DNA of 64,000 nucleotides from Rhodothermales bacterium (lineage in GTDB: Bacteria; Pseudomonadota; Gammaproteobacteria; Xanthomonadales; SZUA-36): positions 9,818 to 73,817 of the forward strand of contig JBLHGQ010000002.1 of NCBI GenBank assembly GCA_047614505.1, written 5' to 3'. Below, piece after piece: positions 56,994 through 64,000 of this stretch (position 1 is its first letter; each line of letters opens with the position of its first letter). Made by a program: the position numbers and the translations under genes. Under the pieces are notes generated by a model that ran no database searches, was not told the origin of the DNA, and was given only the letters and a program-made list of their open reading frames with translations.

Positions 56994-57374
56994 ATGAGCA
57001 AGCAAATCATCCATACCGATCAGGCTCCAGCAGCCATTGGCACATACTCACAAGCTGTCCGCCATGGCGACCTGGTATTTGTTTCAGGACAGATTCCGCT
57101 GGTACCTGGCAGCATGGAAATGGTTGAGGGTGATTTTGAACAGCAGGTCAGACAGGTTTTTGAAAACCTTTCCGCCATCTGCGCAGCAAGCGGTGGTGGT
57201 TTGGAAAACATCATAAAGCTGACCATTTTCTTGACCGATATGGCTCACTTCCCACAAGTAAATGCCGTCATGAGCGAATACTTTTCGACGCCATACCCGG
57301 CCCGTGCAGCGGTTGGGGTCGCATCTCTCCCAAAGGCTGCAGCGGTAGAAATGGATGCCGTACTCGGACTGTAA
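56994..57374 (+). CDS. ridA: RidA-family reactive-intermediate deaminase (YjgF/TdcF)
   Basis: AGGAGA RBS at 56984..56989, then [22 protein letters not shown]...GQIP...[20 protein letters not shown]. Confidence 0.9.
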   Translation: MSKQIIHTDQAPAAIGTYSQAVRHGDLVFVSGQIPLVPGSMEMVEGDFEQQVRQVFENLSAICAASGGGLENIIKLTIFLTDMAHFPQVNAVMSEYFSTPYPARAAVGVASLPKAAAVEMDAVLGL

Positions 57375-57382
57375 CAACGACC

Positions 57383-59464
57383 TTGGAGCAGGAGAAAAAT
57401 GACCGGCTAGCCAGCCTGCGCGGTGTTGGACCGCAGCTTTCGATACGCCTTGAAGCTTTAGGAATTCACAAAGTAACCGACCTGCTTTTTCACCTTCCCC
57501 TGCGTTATGAAGATCGCACCCGGCTTACTGCAATCGGCGCAATCATGCCGGGGACCAGAGTTCTGATTGAAGGTGAGATTGAACATTCAGCCATCGTCAG
57601 GGGCCGTCGTTCTACGTTGGTAGTAGTGGTATCCGATGGAACCGGTCGGATTACCTTGCGGTTCTTTCATTTCAGAGCTCACCAAAGCACACAGTTATCC
57701 CGAGGTACCCGGATTCGATGTTTCGCCGACGTGCGGGCAGGCTACCATGGCCTGGAAATGGTTCATCCCAGTTATCAGCGTTTGAGCCACGACGAGGAAA
57801 CTCCGGTCGCAGATCGTTTAACACCCATCTATCCAACTACCGAGGGTATGGGTCAGAATACATGGATCAATTTGACAGATCAGGCCATAAAAAACATGCG
57901 CAATGGCAGCCTGGTACTTGAAGAGCTTCTACCCGAAAGCATGATGCGCAATCTCAATCTACCTTCATTAGCAGATGCCATTGATTTCATTCACCGGCCT
58001 CCCCCGGGTGCTGATGTAGATGCATTGATCAACCGTAACCATGTCACGCAACACCGCTTAGCCATGGAAGAACTATTGGCACACAACGTCAGTGTTCAGC
58101 GAATGCATCGCGAACAAAGAAAACTGTCTGCCATACCCATGACAATCGAAGATGAAAACGAAAGGGAATTCCTGTCCGGTCTGAAATTTAAATTAACCGG
58201 TGCACAGATTAGGGTAGTCAGGGAAATTCACCACGACCTTGCACAACGCCACCCAATGCTCCGACTGGTGCATGGTGACGTAGGCTCAGGGAAAACCGTA
58301 GTTGCAGCACTCGCGGCCCTGCGCGTGATGGGCAACGATCATCAGGTTGCGATTGTCGCGCCAACCGAGTTACTGGCCGAACAGCACCTTCGGGTGTTCA
58401 CACTCTGGCTTTCTCCCCTGGGAATCGAGCCGGTCTGGCTCAGCAGCAAGGTCACTGGCAAAGCGCGGCAGAAAGCATTATCGGAAATCGAAGGTTCTGC
58501 AAAAATTGTTATTGGCACCCACGCCTTGATGCAAGAAGGTGTGATTTTCAGAAAACTGGGCCTGGTAATAGTCGATGAGCAACACCGTTTCGGCGTTCAT
58601 CAACGCATGGCGCTGGTCGATAAAGGCCGTCAGGAAGCTTCACAGGCCCACCAGTTGATCATGACTGCAACCCCTATCCCAAGGACGCTTGCTATGACTG
58701 CTTACGCTGGTCTTGAAGTTTCAGTCATCGATGAACTTCCTGCAGGGCGACAGGCCGTTACAACTGTCGCTGTCAGCTCTGAACGGCGCAGTGAGGTGAT
58801 CAGGCGGGTTGAAGCTGCCTGCAGGGATGGCCAACAGGCCTATTGGGTTTGTACCTTGATTGAAGAGTCCGATGTAATTGAGGCACAGGCGGCTGAGGCT
58901 GTGGCGGCTGACCTTGGACAAAGGCTGACCGGACTTAAGACTGCACTGGTACATGGCCGGATGAAAGCAGCCGAAAAATTGGCGGTGATGGAGTCCTTTG
59001 AATCCGGAGCAGTTCAGTTGCTAGTAGCAACCACAGTGATTGAAGTGGGAGTGGATGTACCAAACGCCTCACTGATGATCATAGAAAATGCAGAACGTCT
59101 TGGCCTGGCACAGCTGCATCAGCTTCGCGGACGCGTCGGTCGGGGGTCCAGGCAATCAGCTTGTGTACTGATGTATAACCCGCCGCTTGGGGGTCTGGCC
59201 AAGCAACGTCTGGAGATACTTCGCAAGACCGGCGACGGGTTCGAGATTGCTGAAAAAGACCTCGAGCTCAGGGGTCCGGGTGAAGTGTTGGGAACGCGAC
59301 AGACCGGTATGTTGCAATTTCGGGTTGCTGACCTTGCCAGGGATGCACATTTGCTGGATAGAATTCCACCGGTTGCGCAGAGCCTGCTCAAACATCACCC
59401 ACAGCAAGTGGATAAGCTGATAGCACGCTGGGTCGGTGATGCCGCGCGCTATGTCGGAGTTTAA
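57383..59464 (+). CDS. recG: ATP-dependent DNA helicase RecG
   Basis: LRGVGPQLSIRLEALGI...LLFHLPLRYEDRT wedge region, helicase motifs GDVGSGKT, DEQHRFG and TATPIPR, plus the TRG-like C-terminus. TTG start. Confidence 0.93.
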   Translation: MEQEKNDRLASLRGVGPQLSIRLEALGIHKVTDLLFHLPLRYEDRTRLTAIGAIMPGTRVLIEGEIEHSAIVRGRRSTLVVVVSDGTGRITLRFFHFRAHQSTQLSRGTRIRCFADVRAGYHGLEMVHPSYQRLSHDEETPVADRLTPIYPTTEGMGQNTWINLTDQAIKNMRNGSLVLEELLPESMMRNLNLPSLADAIDFIHRPPPGADVDALINRNHVTQHRLAMEELLAHNVSVQRMHREQRKLSAIPMTIEDENEREFLSGLKFKLTGAQIRVVREIHHDLAQRHPMLRLVHGDVGSGKTVVAALAALRVMGNDHQVAIVAPTELLAEQHLRVFTLWLSPLGIEPVWLSSKVTGKARQKALSEIEGSAKIVIGTHALMQEGVIFRKLGLVIVDEQHRFGVHQRMALVDKGRQEASQAHQLIMTATPIPRTLAMTAYAGLEVSVIDELPAGRQAVTTVAVSSERRSEVIRRVEAACRDGQQAYWVCTLIEESDVIEAQAAEAVAADLGQRLTGLKTALVHGRMKAAEKLAVMESFESGAVQLLVATTVIEVGVDVPNASLMIIENAERLGLAQLHQLRGRVGRGSRQSACVLMYNPPLGGLAKQRLEILRKTGDGFEIAEKDLELRGPGEVLGTRQTGMLQFRVADLARDAHLLDRIPPVAQSLLKHHPQQVDKLIARWVGDAARYVGV

Positions 59465-59508
59465 CAACGATTGACGTGTTTGTGTCAACCCGTGACGGGT
59501 CGAGCTGG

Positions 59509-59982
59509 CTACTCCAAACTCTTTAGCAACACCAGAACCGCCTTACGTGCGTCTTTCACCGCCCGGTTAATTTGCTGCTCCGCCTGTTTCGCTTTTTCAC
59601 TATGTTTTCCTTGGGGATTTAGATCAACCAGATCATCTACATGTTTATTCCACAAATGAAATAACGCTTCTCCTGCAGGAGGTGCAGGTTCAGGCATTAG
59701 ACTGGTCAGATCATGTATTAATGACACTGCGCCATAGCCTCTTATCCGAAGCTGGCCTTCACTCTCATCACCAGCGTCGAACGGCAGGTAATAAAAACGG
59801 TAATCGGCAACTTCCTGTAATTCTCCGAGACTTTCAAGAACACGGAAAGAGGCAAAACGAATATTTCGTTGTGCTTCAGTAGTCTCGTTTCGCCAGGAAT
59901 TGTAAGAAAGGGAACTCAGCGCAATAAACAGGCTGATAATTGCTACAGCATTACGATGAATTTGCGCGCGAATAGTGCTCAT
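59509..59982 (-). CDS. Hypothetical single-pass membrane protein
   Basis: 157-aa ORF with one N-terminal TM helix (AVAIISLFIALSSLSY). I recognise no motif. Confidence 0.45.
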   Translation of the reverse strand: MSTIRAQIHRNAVAIISLFIALSSLSYNSWRNETTEAQRNIRFASFRVLESLGELQEVADYRFYYLPFDAGDESEGQLRIRGYGAVSLIHDLTSLMPEPAPPAGEALFHLWNKHVDDLVDLNPQGKHSEKAKQAEQQINRAVKDARKAVLVLLKSLE

Positions 59983-60032
59983 GAATAGCTATGACCGGTC
60001 AATGCATTTAATTATTACCAAAAATCCCTGCG

Positions 60033-62228
60033 TCAATACATAACCACTTTTTGAGCAAGTATTTCGGTACGTGCCTTGTTGATATCTTCATCAATCTGTC
60101 GGACAATTTCCAGAAATTCCGGTTCATCGCGTAAGGGATCCAATCTTTTATCAAGATCCAGAAGCCAACGCTGACGCCAACCTTTGTTATACGCTTGCTG
60201 AAGTGCGGCGATGGCCTTATCTTTCTCACCACGAAGCAGGAAAATGCTGGATTCCGTGTAATAAATTCCAGCATCATCCACACCATTGATTCGAGCCCTG
60301 CGCACTGCTTTTTCTGCCTCGGCGAGTCGCTGTGCTGCGCGTTCAGAATCCCCTAATAGATCATTTAGAAATGAAGCCATGGTAAGGGAAATCAGTTGGT
60401 CGCCATCAAAACCCTGGCTGTCATCCGGGTTGATCGCAAGTTCCATATGATCTCTGGCAGAAACCAAATCACCCTTCACCATACTGATCAAACCTGTCTG
60501 AAAGTGATAAAAACGCTGGAAGGTCTCGGGCAGACTATCAATTGAATCCCCGTACTGCTCCCGCACCATCCGGTCTGCTTCCTCAATACGTCCGGAAATT
60601 AGCATCAGGAAGAAATATTGAACTTTCAAATCGGTATTTTCACTCGCGAGCTCCAGCCCGGACGCTATCAACTGTTCTGCTCGTTCAAGCTCACCAACAC
60701 TCAACCAGGCACTTGCCATCGTGCCGATAATAACCGGGCTCTCAGGTTCAATATCGTAAGATCTTTGTGCATACTCCCAGGACTCTACAAGGTCGCCGTG
60801 GGCACCCGCGTATCCTGACAATGTGCGCAGAAGCGTAACCGAATCGGGTCGGATCTGGATCAGACCATCAAGGATATCTCTTGCAGCTTCATAGTCGCCC
60901 TGAACAAAATGGTTTCCGGCGTAATTTATCGCAAGTAATTCATTGAGTGGATCAATCGCCATTGCCCGCTGCAATACCTGCCCCTGCTCTGGTATTCGTC
61001 CCAGGTCAGCCAATAAACCGCCCAGCCAAAGGTGTGCCGGAACATAATCCTCATTAAGTAATATTGCCTGTCGCAAGGCAGACTCAGCTGCATCAGTCTG
61101 GCCAATTTGCCAGCGTGCCAGGCCCAGTGCAGCAAAAGCCTCGGCAGATTCAGGGTCGATTGCCAGTGCTTTTTCTATCATCGGTTGAGCACGCTCGATC
61201 GCTTTTATCTGAGTAATATTGCCGTACAGGGACAGTAGTACTAACGAATCTGCAATGGCGGCATATGCCGGCGCATACTGCGGATCGTGCTCAAGCGCCT
61301 TGGCAAACAATTCAATGGCTTTCTGAATTTCCTGAGGTGACCGGCGCCACCAGTGCAGCCTACCCGTGCGGTATGCTTCAAATGAAGCCAGGTTTCGGGT
61401 CCGGCCCGCAGGCTTCTGATTCAGGCCGGCAAAAGAATCTACCAGGGCTTCAGCGATCGCACTGGCTACTTCATCCTGGATAGCAAATACATCGTCAAGT
61501 TCACGATCGTAAGATTGCGACCAAATGTGATAACCATCTTCGACATTAATCAGCTGCGCGGTCATCCGGATACGACTTCCGGCGGTGCGAATACTGCCTT
61601 CCAGAATGGTCCCGACATTCAAAAGGCGTCCAATGTCCCGGATGTCTTTTTGCGGTTCGCGAAAAGCGAATGAAGAGGTCCTTGCAGCAACATGCAGACC
61701 GTCCACCTGGGCCAGTAAGTTCAATATCTCTTCTGCGATTCCATCTGAAAAATGGACCTGATCTCCTTCGGGAGAGAGGTCGGCAAAAGGTAAAACCGCG
61801 ATTGAATTCTCAGGCGCAGTAAATGTGCGTTTATCAACAAAAGATTGTGCAGTGCTTTGAGAATCAGACTCAAAAACATTGGAATAGTACTGATACAGTC
61901 CCAATCCAAGTCCGCCGGTGCCCACCATCATTACGCTGAAGATAATAAAAGTCTGTGCTTTGCTGAGTAAGCCGTCGGCAGTTCGCTTAATCCCTCCACC
62001 GGTCACATCAAATTGCCAGGCCAGCAGGAACACCACCGGGAATCCAAGAATCAAGGAAATAACAACAAACGTAGGCAACCATTCCGGCAGGCGAAGAGGT
62101 TCGACCGCCGCATCCATCAACTGCAGGACAGCGAACACGGCAACAGCATATGCACCCATTGTGCGCAACACTTTACGCCGCGACAATTCAGACACTACCG
62201 CCGATAAAAACGAATGGCTCTCAGACAT
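60033..62228 (-). CDS. Membrane-anchored TPR-repeat protein (paralogous architecture to 27658..30006)
   Basis: N-terminus VVSELSRRKVLRTMGAYAVAVFAVLQLMD plus a second TM helix. Then SIAVLPFADLSPEGDQVHFSDGIAEEILNLLAQVDGLHVAARTSSF (TolB-N/FlgO-like alpha/beta domain as I remember it), then a long TPR array. Confidence 0.75.
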   Translation of the reverse strand: MSESHSFLSAVVSELSRRKVLRTMGAYAVAVFAVLQLMDAAVEPLRLPEWLPTFVVISLILGFPVVFLLAWQFDVTGGGIKRTADGLLSKAQTFIIFSVMMVGTGGLGLGLYQYYSNVFESDSQSTAQSFVDKRTFTAPENSIAVLPFADLSPEGDQVHFSDGIAEEILNLLAQVDGLHVAARTSSFAFREPQKDIRDIGRLLNVGTILEGSIRTAGSRIRMTAQLINVEDGYHIWSQSYDRELDDVFAIQDEVASAIAEALVDSFAGLNQKPAGRTRNLASFEAYRTGRLHWWRRSPQEIQKAIELFAKALEHDPQYAPAYAAIADSLVLLSLYGNITQIKAIERAQPMIEKALAIDPESAEAFAALGLARWQIGQTDAAESALRQAILLNEDYVPAHLWLGGLLADLGRIPEQGQVLQRAMAIDPLNELLAINYAGNHFVQGDYEAARDILDGLIQIRPDSVTLLRTLSGYAGAHGDLVESWEYAQRSYDIEPESPVIIGTMASAWLSVGELERAEQLIASGLELASENTDLKVQYFFLMLISGRIEEADRMVREQYGDSIDSLPETFQRFYHFQTGLISMVKGDLVSARDHMELAINPDDSQGFDGDQLISLTMASFLNDLLGDSERAAQRLAEAEKAVRRARINGVDDAGIYYTESSIFLLRGEKDKAIAALQQAYNKGWRQRWLLDLDKRLDPLRDEPEFLEIVRQIDEDINKARTEILAQKVVMY

Positions 62229-62462
62229 CGATTTCCTGCAGATCCTTTTTTAGCCGGATATCGTTTCCAGCTTTCATTAATATATCCAATTCCCGTGCCA
62301 AGATGTGCATTGTTAGCAGGTACTCGAGCTATAGACGTTGTCAGGTCTCATTTAGTTTCTACAAGAGTACCAGACTGAGATGAAGCGAAGTAAAAAGTGG
62401 TTGAATTCGCAATAATTCGGTGAAATCACCACTTGGACAGGCATTTTAGTCAAATTTTTCCC

Positions 62463-62628
62463 TAAGGAACCTCTGATTTATTCTGGGCAAAGTAGATTGC
62501 GATTCAAAATGTTCATGTTCAAGGCGCGAGTCGCAGGTAATAGCTGGCTATTGCCAAGATTTGCAACATAGAAGCTGGACATTTTGGACGCAAGATACGA
62601 GTTCATGAATATATCAGGGGTTCCCTTA
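62463..62628 (+). repeat. MITE-like element copy B (166 nt including flanking TA/TA)
   Basis: TA-AGGAACCTCTGAT...ATCAGGGGTTCCCT-TA. About 90 percent identical to the reverse complement of 23473..23637. It lies 14 nt downstream of the glnB stop. Confidence 0.8.
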
Positions 62629-62642
62629 CTTTATTACTTTTA

Positions 62643-63002
<360 letters not shown>

Positions 63003-63050
63003 TCATGTGTGACTTTAATGCGCCCCCTGCCGGGCCGCAATGGAATAATT

Positions 63051-63296
63051 ATGATTGACCTTGGAAAAATTGATGACATCGTTAACCGCCTGAGTGATTC
63101 TCTGCCACCAGCGGCAAGCCGTTTACGCGAAGACATGGAGGCGCAGTTTCGATCCGTTCTGAAATCCGCATTTCAAAAAATGGATCTGGTTAGCCGCGAA
63201 GAGTTTGATATTCAGAAATCTGTTCTGGAGAGAACTCAGGCAAAGCTCGAGATGCTAGAGCGGCAGCTTGGCGAGCTCGAGATTTCTGGTCGCTAA
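63051..63296 (+). CDS. ubiK: Ubiquinone biosynthesis accessory factor UbiK (YqiC/BMFP family)
   Basis: MIDLGKIDDIVNRLSDSLP...DLVSREEFDIQKSVLERTQAKLEMLERQL resembles E. coli YqiC. The 146-aa track ORF is over-extended. Confidence 0.8.
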   Translation: MIDLGKIDDIVNRLSDSLPPAASRLREDMEAQFRSVLKSAFQKMDLVSREEFDIQKSVLERTQAKLEMLERQLGELEISGR

Positions 63297-63307
63297 GGCT
63301 GCTGCTT

Positions 63308-64000
63308 CTACAACCATTTGATGATGGTCGCAAAGAGATTTTCGAGTTCGACGGGCTTGGCGACGAAGTCATTCATACCAGCCTCTGTGCACAGTCTGCG
63401 ATCTTCCGCGAAAATATTGGCGGTCATCGCGATGATTGAAATATCTCCGCCATTGGAGTTTGAAGCATCCATGGAACGGATCAGGCGTGTCGCCTCCAGG
63501 CCATCCATCTCAGGCATCTGGACGTCCATCAAGACAAGCTCATACGTATTGGTACGAACCATTTCTACGGCATCCCTGCCGTTTTCCGCAACATCCACAG
63601 CCAGACCCACACCAATTAAGAGCGCCGAAGCCACTTCAAGATTGAGTAAATTGTCTTCTACCAATAAAATACGCTTACCAGAATAATGTGTTCGCAGCTC
63701 CGTTTCAAAATTCTCCACGCGGGTTGGTAGTGCGTCCGGCTGAACCCCCTGGCCACGGCAGAGTCGGGCGGTAAACCAGAATGTGCTGCCCTGGCCCGGT
63801 TCGCTCTGTACACCGACTTCGCCCCCCATCAAAATCACCAACCGCCGGGTGATGGCAAGGCCCAGACCCGAACCACCGTATTCTCGCGTGGTGGAGGTGT
63901 CGGCTTGTTCAAAAGCATCAAACACTCCAGGCAATACGTCCGGATCGATACCGATGCCGGTGTCCTGCACTTCGAATCGTACCAGGAGCCAGTCATCTTG
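63308..64000 (-). CDS. Hybrid sensor histidine kinase/response regulator, C-terminal part (HATPase_c plus receiver). The N-terminus lies beyond the window end.
   Basis: The frame is open to base 64000 (..DDWLLVRFEVQDTGIGI). G-boxes GGSGLGLAI and GQGSTFWF. Receiver domain ILLVEDNLLNLEV...LVLMDVQMPEMDG...AMTA. Confidence 0.85.
   Translation of the reverse strand, partial: QDDWLLVRFEVQDTGIGIDPDVLPGVFDAFEQADTSTTREYGGSGLGLAITRRLVILMGGEVGVQSEPGQGSTFWFTARLCRGQGVQPDALPTRVENFETELRTHYSGKRILLVEDNLLNLEVASALLIGVGLAVDVAENGRDAVEMVRTNTYELVLMDVQMPEMDGLEATRLIRSMDASNSNGGDISIIAMTANIFAEDRRLCTEAGMNDFVAKPVELENLFATIIKWL

Noticed and set aside
62544-62565. Sigma-54-like TGGC...TTGC inside the repeat element (CTGGCTATTGCCAAGATTTGCA)
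   Set aside because: The GG-to-GC spacing is 7 or 17 nt, not the required 12 nt.

Overview
This is a densely coding 64-kb chromosomal segment that looks like the core genome of a marine or Pseudomonas-like gammaproteobacterium. That placement is an inference from gene content and synteny: pilMNOPQ divergent from ponA/mrcA, gmk-rpoZ-spoT-ridA-recG, rph/yicC, rdgB-hemW, glnS, mnmG, pepN and gltA. I see no rRNA, tRNA, CRISPR array, integrase, transposase, reverse transcriptase or recognisable defence genes.

The left third is more accessory-like. It holds:
- a partial btuB behind a clear cobalamin riboswitch, then apbE and an orphan sufT-like gene
- a TonB-dependent receptor with Fur-like boxes, a broken sulfotransferase-like gene and a CRTAC1/ASPIC-UnbV FG-GAP protein
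- two tryptophan-halogenase-like genes, one with all catalytic motifs degenerate
- an M28 peptidase, rppH and a BtuCD-like ABC pair
- an RND permease, adaptor and TLC-like transporter run
- a LemA plus long M48 peptidase pair

I found no convincing new multi-gene system. The observations most worth a second look are:
1. A 165-nt, TA-flanked, inverted-repeat (MITE-like) element family with two full and two partial copies. One copy sits inside the glnS stop codon and one fragment abuts the spoT start.
2. The canonical plus degenerate halogenase-like pair.
3. A 491-aa lipoprotein that is almost entirely low-complexity: a Tyr/Trp-rich zone, then a very basic Arg/Ser/Pro tail ending in 60-bp tandem repeats.
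4. Unusual operon arrangements (RND permease before its adaptor; hutG-hutF-DUF938-msrC).

All product calls come from reading the supplied translations for motifs. No database search was run.
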